A stretch of DNA of 64,000 nucleotides from an uncultured Candidatus Binatia bacterium (GCA_964291295.2 OZ219754.1:1024001-1088000); one strand, 5' to 3'. Counted from the first letter of the stretch, positions 1-9,926 are shown. The notes: generated by a model not told the origin, from the letters alone. A program made the numbers and translations.

Positions 1-250
1 ACAGAATGTCTGCGCAGGTTGGTGCGGTTGGTGGTATCTTCATCGCTGGCGGCTACAACATCGCTGGCGGCCAAAAAACCAATCGAGTTCAAATTAGTTT
101 TTTGCCCTTGTCCCTGTCAAGACAGGGTTCCGGGAAGGGGCATGAGGACCCGCGGGCGTCTGGAGGGCCGCCACGGCCATCGGGTGACGGGGTTCCGGGC
201 GGCAGCCGTTCTTGTATTCCGGGATCGCCTCATGTAAGAGTAGCCCCTTG

Positions 251-336
251 AAATTTCCCTCGTAAATTTCCGTGCAAGTTTCCGTGCAAGTTGCCGTGCA
301 AATTTCCGTGTAACTTTCCCTCGTAAATTTTCCGTG
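251..336. repeat. degenerate 12-13 bp tandem repeat (~7 copies, consensus AARTTTCCGTGC) just upstream of an RBS
   Basis: aaatttccctcgt aaatttccgtgc aagtttccgtgc aagttgccgtgc aaatttccgtgt aactttccctcgt aaattttccgtg, then GGAGGAG and ATG at 351. Confidence 0.85.
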
Positions 337-350
337 ATTCGGAGGAGCAT

Positions 351-1448
351 ATGGCCAAACCCGCGCAAGAGATCGAGACCACGATGGACAACATCCCCTT
401 CTATTACAAATGGCAGAAGGGTGAAGGGATTCCTGTCGTCGACACGTTCTTCATCAAGGATCTGAAGGAGGTGCCGCTCAAGTGGTGGGACCGCATGGGC
501 GGTGACGGCACCCTGTTCAACATGGAGGGAGCGGGCGATGCCACCGGCGCCTATCTCGTCGAGATCGCGCCGGGGAAGAGCCTCAACCCCATGCGCCACA
601 TTTACGAAGAGTTGATACTGGTGGTGCAGGGCCGCGGCGCCACCACCATCTGGAACGACAAGGGGGCCAAACAGACCTTCGAGTGGCAGGAAGGGAGCCT
701 CATTTCGGTCCCGTTGAACGTGCATCACCAGCACTTCAACGGTCAGGGCGACAAGCCGGTGCGGCTGTTCTCGGTCAACAACATGCCCATTGTCTTCAGC
801 CTGTTCCACAACGACGACTTCATCTTCAACACGCCCTACGACTTCCTGGACCGCTTCGACGGGCGGCCGGACTATTTCTCAAGCAAGGGCACGCAGCATC
901 CCGGCCGCATCTGGGAGACCAACTTCATCGCCGACACGCGCAACTTCAACCTCCAGGAGTGGAAGGAGCGCGGCGCGGGCGGCAAGAACGTTTTCCTGGA
1001 GATGTGCGACGGCGTCATGGCGGCGCACATCTCCGAGTTCCCGGTGGGGACCTACAAGAAGGCCCACCGCCACGGGCCGGGTTTCAACGTGATCATCATC
1101 AAGGGACAGGGTTTCTCGCTGTTCTGGTGGGAAGGCGAAGAGCCCAAGCGCTACGACTGGCAGGATGGCAGCGTGTTCGTGCCGCCGGAGATGATGTTTC
1201 ACCAGCACTTCAACCTCGGCCCCACCGGCGCCCGCTACCTGCCGCTGCGTTTCGGCGGCATCAAGCACAGCATGGGCGAGGGTTACGGAGACATCTCCAA
1301 GGTAGACAAGGACGTCAAGTCCGGCGGCAACCAGATCGAGTACTACGACCAGCCGGCGTACATCCGCGAAATGTTCGAGGCGGACATGGCCAAGGCCGGG
1401 GCCGGGTCGCGGATGGACCCCGGCGTGTACGTGAGGCCCGCGGTATAG
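351..1448 (+). CDS. bicupin protein (gentisate 1,2-dioxygenase-like cupin)
   Basis: 365-aa ORF with strong RBS; two cupin motif pairs (RHIYEE..HHQHFNG; KAHRHGPG..MFHQHFN). Confidence 0.75.
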   Translation: MAKPAQEIETTMDNIPFYYKWQKGEGIPVVDTFFIKDLKEVPLKWWDRMGGDGTLFNMEGAGDATGAYLVEIAPGKSLNPMRHIYEELILVVQGRGATTIWNDKGAKQTFEWQEGSLISVPLNVHHQHFNGQGDKPVRLFSVNNMPIVFSLFHNDDFIFNTPYDFLDRFDGRPDYFSSKGTQHPGRIWETNFIADTRNFNLQEWKERGAGGKNVFLEMCDGVMAAHISEFPVGTYKKAHRHGPGFNVIIIKGQGFSLFWWEGEEPKRYDWQDGSVFVPPEMMFHQHFNLGPTGARYLPLRFGGIKHSMGEGYGDISKVDKDVKSGGNQIEYYDQPAYIREMFEADMAKAGAGSRMDPGVYVRPAV

Positions 1449-1732
1449 TGACCCGGGAGAGCCACGGTTTGCACGGAAAACGGCGAGGCATCCGCCAAGC
1501 ACGGAGCGAGGAGCGGTAACGCGGGCCGTGTTCGAATGACGGACAACGCCGTCCGGACAGCAGAGATAGCCGGTTGACCGCAGCGGGGCTCCCGCCCCGG
1601 GCGGCCAGGGGAGCACCGAACACCCCCGAGTTCGCTGGATTTGACTCAGTAAAATCAAAAGGTTGCGAGCAGTGCCCTGTCGTGCCGCCGCTTGGTTCAG
1701 GCCTTCCGTGGAGAACGGGCGGGCCGTGCGGC

Positions 1733-1767
1733 AGAGGGAGGAGGCCCCGCGCTTCCTCCCTCTTTTT
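1733..1767 (+). terminator. intrinsic terminator-like hairpin upstream of plsY
   Basis: AGAGGGAGGA-N11-TCCTCCCTCT followed by TTTT. Confidence 0.6.
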
Positions 1768-1842
1768 GTCCGGGCAAGGGAGGTGTGCCCGACCGGAAGC
1801 CCCCGGCCACAGCCTGCCGGTCCTGTTCAACACCATGACACC

Positions 1843-2448
1843 ATGATGGTTCCAGTCATCCTGACGATACTGTCCTATCTCCTGGGATCGATTCCCGCCG
1901 GCTTCCTGGTGGGGTCGTCCTCGGGCGTGGACGTTCGCAGCGCCGGCAGCGGCAATATCGGCGCCACCAACGTGGCGCGGACGCTGGGCCTGGCGAAGGG
2001 GCTCGTCACGTTGTTCGCCGATGTCGCCAAGGGCTTCCTGCCGGTCCTGGCGGCCCACCTGCTGGACCTCGAGCCGGCCGCGGCCGCGGCGGCCGGTCTG
2101 GCCGCCTTCGCCGGCCATCTCTTCCCCGTGTTCCTGGGATTCAAGGGCGGCAAGGGCGTGGCCACCGCCGCCGGCGTCTATCTCGCCGCCATGCCCCTGG
2201 GCCTGCTGGTCGTGCTGGGTTTTTTCGTCCTGGTGATCCTGGCCAGCCGGCGGGTCTCCGCCGCCTCCATGGCCGCCGGCATCCTCGCCCCCGGGGTGGC
2301 CTGGGCGCTGTCCTATCCCGCGGAAATCGGCTGGATGAGTCTCGCCATCGGGATTCTCGTGGTAATCCGCCACCGAGACAACATTCGCCGGCTGAGGACC
2401 GGGGAGGAGCCCCGATTCGATCTGCGCCGCTCGGGCTCCGGGGAATAG
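1843..2448 (+). CDS. plsY: glycerol-3-phosphate acyltransferase PlsY
   Basis: YLLGSIP, GSGNIGATN, GHLFPVFLGFKGGKGVAT, RHRDNI motifs. Confidence 0.93.
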   Translation: MMVPVILTILSYLLGSIPAGFLVGSSSGVDVRSAGSGNIGATNVARTLGLAKGLVTLFADVAKGFLPVLAAHLLDLEPAAAAAAGLAAFAGHLFPVFLGFKGGKGVATAAGVYLAAMPLGLLVVLGFFVLVILASRRVSAASMAAGILAPGVAWALSYPAEIGWMSLAIGILVVIRHRDNIRRLRTGEEPRFDLRRSGSGE

Positions 2449-2550
2449 CAGGACCGGCGGTCCGGCGGATCTGCCTGGGTCGCCCTTGCCCCTCGCCGGA
2501 CGCGAGCCTGCCCCCTGCCCCCGTTCCGTGGACAGGTGCACGCTTTCCGC

Positions 2551-3351
2551 TCATCTCCGGGGTTCGACTCCGGCGAAGAAGTGATTCACCGGGCTGTGTC
2601 CCGCTCCGATGGAGCGGGCTTGGCGGATGGCCTGGGTGACGAATTCCTTTGCGTCGGCGACCGCGGCTTCCACAGGCCTGTTCCGGGCGAGGCTGCATGC
2701 CAGGGCGGCGGCGTAGGTGCAGCCGGTGCCGTGGGTGTTCTTCGTCCGTATCCGTGGGGCGGAGTACTCGTGAAAGACGGCGCCGTCGTGGAAGAGATCG
2801 GTGGCGGCTCCTCTTCGATGACCCCCCTTCACCACGACGCTTGCGGCCCCTAGACCCACGATGTGTCGGGCCATCTCCCGGATGGCGCGTGAACCGGTGC
2901 CTTCGATGCCCGTCAGCGCCTGTGCCTCGGGGAGGTTCGGCGTGACTACGGTGGCCAGCGGGAACAGGTGGATCCGAAGCGTTCGGATGGCGTCCGGGTG
3001 CAGCAGCGCGTGGCCTCCCTTGGCCACCATGACCGGGTCGACCACCAGGCGCTGGACGCCGTGCTGCCGGACCCTGTCGGCGACCGTGCGGATGGTGCGG
3101 GCGTTGGCGAGCATGCCGGTCTTGACCGCGTCGGCGCCGATGTCGTCGAGGACGGCATCGATCTGGGCGGCGACGACGGTCGCGGGGGTTTCGAGGACCC
3201 GCGTGACGCCGGTCGTGTTCTGCGCGGTGATGGCCGTGACGGCCGACGTGCCGTAGACTCCCAGCGCCGCAAACGTCTTCAGGTCGGCTTGCAGCCCCGC
3301 GCCGGCGCCCGAATCCGAACCCGCGATGGTGAGTACTCGGTAGATCGTCAC
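2551..3351 (-). CDS. thiD: hydroxymethylpyrimidine/phosphomethylpyrimidine kinase
   Basis: VLTIAGSDSGAGAGLQADLKT, AVKTGML, VVDPVM, TPNLPEA, THGTGCT; start (GTG 3351) approximate. Confidence 0.92.
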   Translation of the reverse strand: MTIYRVLTIAGSDSGAGAGLQADLKTFAALGVYGTSAVTAITAQNTTGVTRVLETPATVVAAQIDAVLDDIGADAVKTGMLANARTIRTVADRVRQHGVQRLVVDPVMVAKGGHALLHPDAIRTLRIHLFPLATVVTPNLPEAQALTGIEGTGSRAIREMARHIVGLGAASVVVKGGHRRGAATDLFHDGAVFHEYSAPRIRTKNTHGTGCTYAAALACSLARNRPVEAAVADAKEFVTQAIRQARSIGAGHSPVNHFFAGVEPRR

Positions 3352-3713
3352 GGCAGTGCCGCCTGGTCCCGCGCGCCTGGCCACGCCCTTGTCCCCTTCA
3401 GTGTCCCCCGTCCTGGTCTTGCACCACGTCGAATGGATGTCGCTCCGCCCCGGCTCCCGGTCACCGTGTCGCCGCGCGGCGCCCGACCGTGACCGCCCGG
3501 CGTCCGGTCGCTTTGCAGCCATCGGCGTCAGCCCCGGTGGGCCGACCGCTACGCTACACCCCAACCATGCGGTGTGCAATGATGATGTCGGACGTGCGTG
3601 CGCCGTTGCGGGACGGGTCGCCGCTGCGGGAGCGTGCGGTCACTGCCCGGTGGCGCGGAATTCTGTTGACATCCCCGCCGTTTCCTGTTGGCATACGATG
3701 CTGCGGTGATGCC

Positions 3714-4286
3714 ATGTCGAAGGTGCTTTCAAGAGATCGACTGCAAGGGTTCTTCCTCGACATGACGCAGCGCTGTTTCGACGAATTGGGGATCCGCGAT
3801 GCCGCGGTGACGGACTATGTGGCGGACGTGCTGGCGGAGTTTGCCCGCAGCGACCGGCTGTATCGCATGCGGTCCCGCAGGAACCAGAGGCTCGACAGCG
3901 TGGTCGAGATGCTGGTGGCGGACGACGCGACGGTTTCGCGTGAGAACCCACTCATGCAGGAACGGCGAATGCGGAAGCATCTCGGAGACTATACCTTGTT
4001 CATGAGCGGAATCTTCCGTTCCTACGTCGAGCGGGGCGGTTTCCTGGACTACTACCTGCGGGAGGGAAGCCGGTCCTACTGGAAGGTTTCCGAAGTGGAC
4101 CTGGCCCTCTACCGGACCGGTTTCCTGCTTTTCCAGGAGCTCTCGGAGAAGTTCGAATACCTGTCCGGCGCCCTCGACTACATGCACAAAGCCTACTTTG
4201 CGGCCTCGCCCAAAAGGGATGATCCATTCTCCGGTTTCCTGAAGCAGATCGAAGGTTGGATGAAGGTGAACGTAACCGACAACTGA
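3714..4286 (+). CDS. hypothetical protein (190 aa)
   Basis: clean ORF with host-like codon usage, ends 2 nt before mltG. Confidence 0.7.
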   Translation: MSKVLSRDRLQGFFLDMTQRCFDELGIRDAAVTDYVADVLAEFARSDRLYRMRSRRNQRLDSVVEMLVADDATVSRENPLMQERRMRKHLGDYTLFMSGIFRSYVERGGFLDYYLREGSRSYWKVSEVDLALYRTGFLLFQELSEKFEYLSGALDYMHKAYFAASPKRDDPFSGFLKQIEGWMKVNVTDN

Positions 4287-4288
4287 CG

Positions 4289-5323
4289 GTGCCGGAGTCT
4301 CCGCCTGACAGTCGCAGAGGCCTCCTCATCGCCGGCGGTCTCATCCTGTTCGCCGCGCTCTTCGTCCTCGGTTACATGGCCGCGTTTCTCCTGACCCCCT
4401 ATCACGGCCATTCATCGGTTGCGGATATCGAGATCCGGCGCGGCGCCGCGTTCTCGGCGGTGGCCCGAGAGCTTGCCGACAAGGGGGTGGTCTCCCAGCC
4501 GCGACTGTTGGGGTTGTGGGCCTGGCTTCAGGGGCTCGATACCCGAGTGCAGCGCGGCCTCTATCGTTTCGAGGGCGCGGTGTCGCCGCGGTCGCTGCTG
4601 AACAGCCTCGTCCGTGGTCGGACCGTTGTCAGGAAGGTCACGATTCCCGAGGGTTTCACGGTCCGGCAGGTCCGCGGCCGCCTGGAGCAGCAAGGACTGG
4701 CGACCCCGGCTGGGTTCGCCGCGGCGGTGCGGGAAACCGCGGTCTTCGCATCCCTGGGGGTCGAGAGCCTGGAGGGCTACCTGTTCCCCACCACCTATCT
4801 TTTCCGCGCCTCGGCTACCGAAGAAGAGATCGTCAAGACCATGTTCGCCGAGTTCGAGGAGACTTTCACCGCCGCAATGGAGAGCCGCGCCCGGCAACTG
4901 GGCATGACGCGGCACGAGTTGGTGACGTTGGCGTCGATCATCGAGAAGGAAAGCGGCTCCACCGACGAGATGCCGGTGATTTCCGCGGTCTTCCACAACC
5001 GCCTGAAGCGGGGGATGCGGCTTCAGAGCGATCCGACGGTCATCTACGGTCTGGAGAACTTCAACGGCGACCTGACGCGCGCGGACCTGCGCCGGCCCAG
5101 CCCCTACAACACCTACGAGGTCCACGGCCTGCCCCCGGGACCCATTGCCAACCCTGGCTTGGCAGCCATGAAGGCCGCGCTCCATCCGGCGGAAGTCGAT
5201 TACCTCTACTTCGTGTCCCGGAATGACGGCAGCCACCACTTTTCCGGAAGTCTCCGGGATCACAACATGGCGGTCCGGAAGTATCAGAAGACGCGCCGGC
5301 GGGCGGCGCGCACGGCGCCGTAG
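4289..5323 (+). CDS. mltG: endolytic transglycosylase MltG (YceG)
   Basis: N-terminal TM helix; TIPEG, LEGYLFPTTY, LASIIEKE, LQSDPTV, SPYNTY, GLPPGPIANPG. Confidence 0.92.
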   Translation: MPESPPDSRRGLLIAGGLILFAALFVLGYMAAFLLTPYHGHSSVADIEIRRGAAFSAVARELADKGVVSQPRLLGLWAWLQGLDTRVQRGLYRFEGAVSPRSLLNSLVRGRTVVRKVTIPEGFTVRQVRGRLEQQGLATPAGFAAAVRETAVFASLGVESLEGYLFPTTYLFRASATEEEIVKTMFAEFEETFTAAMESRARQLGMTRHELVTLASIIEKESGSTDEMPVISAVFHNRLKRGMRLQSDPTVIYGLENFNGDLTRADLRRPSPYNTYEVHGLPPGPIANPGLAAMKAALHPAEVDYLYFVSRNDGSHHFSGSLRDHNMAVRKYQKTRRRAARTAP

Positions 5324-5362
5324 GGAACACCCGGGACAGGGAACTGGGGACAGGCACCATCC

Positions 5363-6007
5363 TTGGCTTCGCCGGCGCTTCAGATCGACCGTCTTACCGT
5401 TCGCCTTGGCGGGCGGACCGTCGTCGACGGGCTCTCCCTGGCCCTCGGGCACGGCGAAAGGGTTGTCATCACGGGCGACTCCGGCTCCGGCAAATCCACC
5501 CTGCTGCGCTGCGTCCTTGGCTTCGTGCCCGGGTTCGAAGGACAGATCCGGGTGGACGGCGAGCGGGTTGACGCCGCCTCCATCTGGAAGCTCCGCACGC
5601 GCATGGCTTACGTGGCTCAGGAGCCGCAGCTCGGAACCGAACGGGTCCGGGTCGTCCTGGAGCGGCCCTTCGGCTACCGGGCCAACAAGGCGTTGCGGTC
5701 CAACCTGTCGCGCATCCCCGACCTGTTCGAACGCCTGTTGCTCTCCACGGACCTGCTCGACAAGGAGATGGCCACGCTTTCGGGCGGCGAGAAGCAGCGG
5801 GTCGCCATTGCCTCTGCGCTCTTGCTGGGGCGTGGCATCCTGCTGCTGGACGAGCCGACCTCGGCGCTGGACAAGTCGGCCCGGGCGGCGGTGGCCGATC
5901 TCCTGTCCGCACCGTCGGGGCCGGCCGTGCTGGCGGCGGCCCACGACGTGGCCGATCTGCCCGTGTCCGCCCGGGTGCTGGCACTGCCGGGGGGAAGCCT
6001 CGGATGA
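5363..6007 (+). CDS. ABC transporter ATP-binding protein (FetA/YbbL-like)
   Basis: GDSGSGKST, LSGGEKQR, LLLDEPTSALD. Confidence 0.85.
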   Translation: MASPALQIDRLTVRLGGRTVVDGLSLALGHGERVVITGDSGSGKSTLLRCVLGFVPGFEGQIRVDGERVDAASIWKLRTRMAYVAQEPQLGTERVRVVLERPFGYRANKALRSNLSRIPDLFERLLLSTDLLDKEMATLSGGEKQRVAIASALLLGRGILLLDEPTSALDKSARAAVADLLSAPSGPAVLAAAHDVADLPVSARVLALPGGSLG

Positions 6008-6798
6008 ACATCGCGGACATCGATTTCGTCCGGCTCGCCGCCGGCTACGCCCTGCTGCTGGCTCCCCTCGCCTTTCTCCTGTGGTACCGGGTGCCGCTGT
6101 TCAGGGACAGCCTGATCGCCATTCTCAGGATGACCGTCCAACTGCTGTTCGTGGGGTTCTACCTGCAGATCGTCTTCGCCTGGAACAACGCCTGGCTCAA
6201 CGCCGCCTGGCTGCTGGCGATGATCGCCGTGGCGGATGCGTCGATCATACGCGGTTGCGGCCTCCGGTTCGGCCGGTTCGTGCTGCCGGTCTTTCTCGCC
6301 CTGCTGGCGGGCACGCTGGTGCCGCTGCTGTTCTTCATGGGTGCGGTTCTCCGCCAGCCCCGTTGGCTGGAGGCACAGTACGTGATTCCCATCTGCGGCC
6401 TGATCCTCGGCAACTGCCTGCGGGCGGACATCGTGGGAGTCAGCCGTTTCTACCGTTCCGTCCGGGACGGCGAACCCCTTTTTCTGCATCATCTGGCCCA
6501 GGGCGCGCGGTTGGGAGAGGCGGTGACACCGTTTCTGCGCGAGGCCAGCCAGGCTGCGCTGGCGCCAACGGTCGCGTCCATGGCCACCATCGGGCTCGTC
6601 TCGCTGCCGGGAATGATGACGGGAGCCATCCTGGCCGGCGCCGATCCCATGACCGCCATCAAGTACCAGATCGCCGTCATGATCGCGATCTTCTCCGGCA
6701 CGGCCATCACCGTGCCGCTGGTCATATGGCTCACCATGAAGGGCAGCTTCAACGGCGGCGGCGTGCTGGACCGCGGCATCTTCGCACAAGGCCGCTGA
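6004..6798 (+). CDS. UPF0014/FetB-type ABC transporter permease
   Basis: RMTVQLLFVG, YVIPICGLILGN, GLVSLPGMMTGAILAG, AIKYQI; 4-nt overlap with the ATPase gene. Confidence 0.88.
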   Translation: MNIADIDFVRLAAGYALLLAPLAFLLWYRVPLFRDSLIAILRMTVQLLFVGFYLQIVFAWNNAWLNAAWLLAMIAVADASIIRGCGLRFGRFVLPVFLALLAGTLVPLLFFMGAVLRQPRWLEAQYVIPICGLILGNCLRADIVGVSRFYRSVRDGEPLFLHHLAQGARLGEAVTPFLREASQAALAPTVASMATIGLVSLPGMMTGAILAGADPMTAIKYQIAVMIAIFSGTAITVPLVIWLTMKGSFNGGGVLDRGIFAQGR

Positions 6799-6876
6799 GG
6801 GTGCCGCGGCGCGGTCACCACGGTCACCACGGTCAGTTTTGACAGTGCTCCCCGCCGGCGGACCCGCGGGCAGGGG

Positions 6877-7044
6877 GGACACGGACACGGACACGGACAC
6901 GGACACGGACACGGACACGGACACGGATACGGACACGGACACGGATACGGACACGGACACGGATACGGACACGGACACGGATACGGACACGGACACGGAT
7001 ACGGATACGGACACGGACACGGACACGGACACGGACACGGACAC
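6877..7044. repeat. hexanucleotide microsatellite (GGAYAC)x28
   Basis: 168 bp of GGACAC with occasional GGATAC, ending directly at the GGAGGA RBS. Confidence 0.97.
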
Positions 7045-7057
7045 GGAGGAGACACTC

Positions 7058-7360
7058 ATGGATGCATCCGATATCGCGCGGGTCTACGGCCTGGCGGCCA
7101 GGGCGGGCTCCCTGGAGGGGTATCTCTACACCGGGTCGGGCATCGAGATGGAGTACCTGCCGGGCTGGCTCGGCAACATCGAGCGGGAGTTCGACGCGTT
7201 GCCGCCCGAGGCGCGGCGCGCCTGTGCCGAAGCCCATCATGAGGTGCTGCGCAAGGTGGCGGGCTACCTCCGGCGGTCGTGCGGCAACGGCGACCCCAAC
7301 GCCCTCAAGGCGCAGATGATGGTGGATGTGGTCAAGGGTGTCATGGAGCCGCAACGCTGA
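7058..7360 (+). CDS. hypothetical protein (100 aa)
   Basis: GGAGGA RBS then ATG 7058; MDASDIARVYGLAARAGSLEGYLY... Confidence 0.7.
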   Translation: MDASDIARVYGLAARAGSLEGYLYTGSGIEMEYLPGWLGNIEREFDALPPEARRACAEAHHEVLRKVAGYLRRSCGNGDPNALKAQMMVDVVKGVMEPQR

Positions 7361-7416
7361 TAGTGTAGACTGACAGCGTGGACGTGGATGGACGTAGAGT
7401 CCGGGGGAGCGAACCG

Positions 7417-7779
7417 ATGACCGTCGCGCGGCGGCGGGGCCGGACCCTTGAGCCGGTGGGTGCGGACGACCTTGAGGGGGTGCCCGGGGAGCTTGCGCGC
7501 AGCCCGGACACGTGCGCGTGGCGCGTGAGGGGCGATTTTTCCGTCGAGGAGGAGGTCCGCGACGGCGACGTGATCCTGGTGCAGTCGGCGCCCCCGGCGC
7601 GGGACGGCGACACGGTGGCGGTGCTGGTCGAGGGCGAGGCCATGGTCAGGCGGTTCTGCCGGCGGGACGGCAAAGTGATGCTGCGGGCCGCCGGCGAGGG
7701 GCTCGCCGCCGTGGTGGCGAAGGAAGAGGACGTGGATATCCGCGGCGTGGTGGTCGCGGTGGTCCGGAAGTACGAGTAG
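7417..7779 (+). CDS. stand-alone LexA/peptidase S24-like C-terminal domain with degenerate catalytic residues
   Basis: [50 protein letters not shown] resembles the LexA C-terminal domain; no HTH. Confidence 0.75.
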   Translation: MTVARRRGRTLEPVGADDLEGVPGELARSPDTCAWRVRGDFSVEEEVRDGDVILVQSAPPARDGDTVAVLVEGEAMVRRFCRRDGKVMLRAAGEGLAAVVAKEEDVDIRGVVVAVVRKYE

Positions 7780-7796
7780 ACGAGGAGAAACTGTCG

Positions 7797-9839
7797 ATGA
7801 ACCGCCTGGTCAACGAGACGAGCCCCTACCTGTTGCAGCACGCCGGCAACCCGGTGGACTGGTACCCTTGGGGCGAAGAGGCCTTTGCCAAGGCACGGTC
7901 CGAGGACAAGCCGATCCTCCTGAGCATCGGCTATTCCGCCTGCCACTGGTGCCACGTGATGGAGCACGAGTCGTTCCAGAACGAGGCCATCGCCGCATTG
8001 ATGAACGAGAACTTCGTCAGCATCAAGGTGGACCGGGAGGAACGGCCCGACCTGGACGAGGTCTACATGAACGCCGTGCAGATGCTCACCAAGCGCGGCG
8101 GCTGGCCCATGACGGTGTTTCTGACGCCGGAGTGCAAGCCCTTTTTCGGCGGCACCTACTACCCGCCCGAGGACCGGCACGGCATGCCCGGCTTTCCGAG
8201 GGTGCTGCAGGCGGTGGTGGAGGCTTACCGCAACAAGCCCGAGGATGTGGCCCGGAGCGTGGATCGGATCGTGGCGGCGCTGGACCGCATGAGCGTACTC
8301 GGCGAGACGACCGACGAACTGAGCGTGGACATCGTCACCCGCGGGGCGGAGGGCCTGGCGCCAGCCTACGACACCGCCAACGGCGGCTTCGGCCGGGCGC
8401 CCAAGTTCCCCAACGCCGGCGTGTTCAATCTGTTCCTGCGCGCCCACCGGCTGTCGGGTAACCGACGCTATCTCGAAATGATCACCGAGACGCTCCGGAA
8501 GATGGCCGAGGGCGGCGTGTACGACCAGCTCGGCGGCGGCTTCCACCGCTATTCCGTGGACGACAAGTGGCTGGTGCCCCACTTCGAGAAGATGCTTTAC
8601 GACAACGGCCAGCTCGCGCAGGTCTATGCCGAGGCGTACCGCATCACCGGGGACGGATTTTTCAGGCGCATCGCCGTGGAGACCGTGGAATACGTGCTGC
8701 GGGAAATGTGCCAGCCGGAAGGCGGATTCTACTCCGCCCAGGACGCGGACAGCGAGGGAGAGGAGGGCAGGTTCTTCGTATGGAGCCGTGAGGAGGTCGT
8801 CGAACTCCTAGGCAAAGAGCACGGCGACGTCTTCTGCCGGGTCTACGACGTCTCGGACCTCGGCAATTTCGAGGGCAGGAATATCCTGCACCCCATCCTG
8901 ACCGTGGAGCAGGCCGCCCGGTACTTCAACAAGGACGCGCAAGAGGTCGAGACTGTCCTGGCCGAGTCCCGCGCACGGCTCTTTGCCGAGCGGGAGAAGC
9001 GGATCAAGCCCTTTCGCGACGAGAAAGTCATCGTCTCCTGGAACGGCCTGATGCTGTCGGGGGTGGCCGCGGCCTACGCCATCACCGGCGACGCGCGCAT
9101 CCGGGAGGCAGCCGGCCGGACCGTGGACTTCGTCTTCAACCGCATGTTCGAGAACGGTCTGTTGCTGCACACCTGCAAGGATGGGCAGGCCAAGCTGCCG
9201 GGCTACCTGGACGACTATGCTTTCCTCATCGCCGGTCTGCTGGACCTGTTCGAGGCGACCTTCGACGCGGACCTGTTGGAACGGTCCCGGAGCCTCGCCC
9301 GGATCATGGTGGCGGAATTCCGGGACCAGGAGAACGGTGGGTTCTTCTACACGGGCAAGTCCCACGAGCAGCTCATCAGCCGCACCAAGCCCGGGTTCGA
9401 CAGCTCCATCCCGTCGGGCAATTCGGTGGCGGTGCAGGTGCTCCTGCGGCTCCACCACTACACCGGAGAGCGCGACCTGCTCGAATACGCGGAGAAGACG
9501 CTGCGCCTCCACTTCGACGCCATGACCCGGGAGCCCTTCGGACTCGCCAACATGCTCGGGGCGCTGGACTTGCATCTCTCGAAGCCGGTGGAAATCGTCA
9601 TGGTGGCGGGCAGGGACGACCCGGATGCGCGCGGAATCATGCAGCGGGTGCAGGACAGCTACCTGCCCAACAAGACGCTCCAATGGGTCGATCCGGACGC
9701 CAGGCTCGAGGAAGTCTCGCCGCTGTTGGCGGGGAAATCGCAGCTCGACGGCAAACCGACGGTCTTCGTATGCCGAAACTTCACCTGTGCCCCGCCGGTG
9801 ACAAGCTGGGAAGCCCTGCGGCCACTGCTGGAGCCGTAG
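7797..9839 (+). CDS. thioredoxin domain-containing protein (YyaL/DUF255 family)
   Basis: [57 protein letters not shown]. Confidence 0.93.
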   Translation: MNRLVNETSPYLLQHAGNPVDWYPWGEEAFAKARSEDKPILLSIGYSACHWCHVMEHESFQNEAIAALMNENFVSIKVDREERPDLDEVYMNAVQMLTKRGGWPMTVFLTPECKPFFGGTYYPPEDRHGMPGFPRVLQAVVEAYRNKPEDVARSVDRIVAALDRMSVLGETTDELSVDIVTRGAEGLAPAYDTANGGFGRAPKFPNAGVFNLFLRAHRLSGNRRYLEMITETLRKMAEGGVYDQLGGGFHRYSVDDKWLVPHFEKMLYDNGQLAQVYAEAYRITGDGFFRRIAVETVEYVLREMCQPEGGFYSAQDADSEGEEGRFFVWSREEVVELLGKEHGDVFCRVYDVSDLGNFEGRNILHPILTVEQAARYFNKDAQEVETVLAESRARLFAEREKRIKPFRDEKVIVSWNGLMLSGVAAAYAITGDARIREAAGRTVDFVFNRMFENGLLLHTCKDGQAKLPGYLDDYAFLIAGLLDLFEATFDADLLERSRSLARIMVAEFRDQENGGFFYTGKSHEQLISRTKPGFDSSIPSGNSVAVQVLLRLHHYTGERDLLEYAEKTLRLHFDAMTREPFGLANMLGALDLHLSKPVEIVMVAGRDDPDARGIMQRVQDSYLPNKTLQWVDPDARLEEVSPLLAGKSQLDGKPTVFVCRNFTCAPPVTSWEALRPLLEP

Positions 9840-9889
9840 GGTCCGGGGGACTCGACACGGAACCGGGCCGTTGAGCGGGTGGGTGCCGC

Positions 9890-9926
9890 GATTCAGCAAA
9901 AGCTCCAGGATTCGGCAAAGCTCCAG
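9890..9926. repeat. imperfect 18-19 bp tandem duplication at the left edge of the R-M cassette
   Basis: GATTCAGCAAAAGCTCCAG / GATTCGGCAAAGCTCCAG. Confidence 0.75.

Noticed and set aside
251-336. Repeat as a mini-CRISPR for the Cmr complex
   Set aside because: Units are 12-13 bp, contiguous and lack unique spacers.
1560-1770. 6S, SRP or tmRNA gene
   Set aside because: Diagnostic motifs such as the SRP CAGGTCCGGAAGGAAGCAGC are absent; kept only as an unassigned structured region.
2557-2576. GGTTCGACTCC tRNA T-arm-like motif
   Set aside because: Lies within the thiD 3' end; no cloverleaf can be built.
5674-7354. Minus-strand ORFs with (SV)n, (CP)n and (RV)n tracts
   Set aside because: Alternative readings of the hexamer microsatellite, antisense to real genes.
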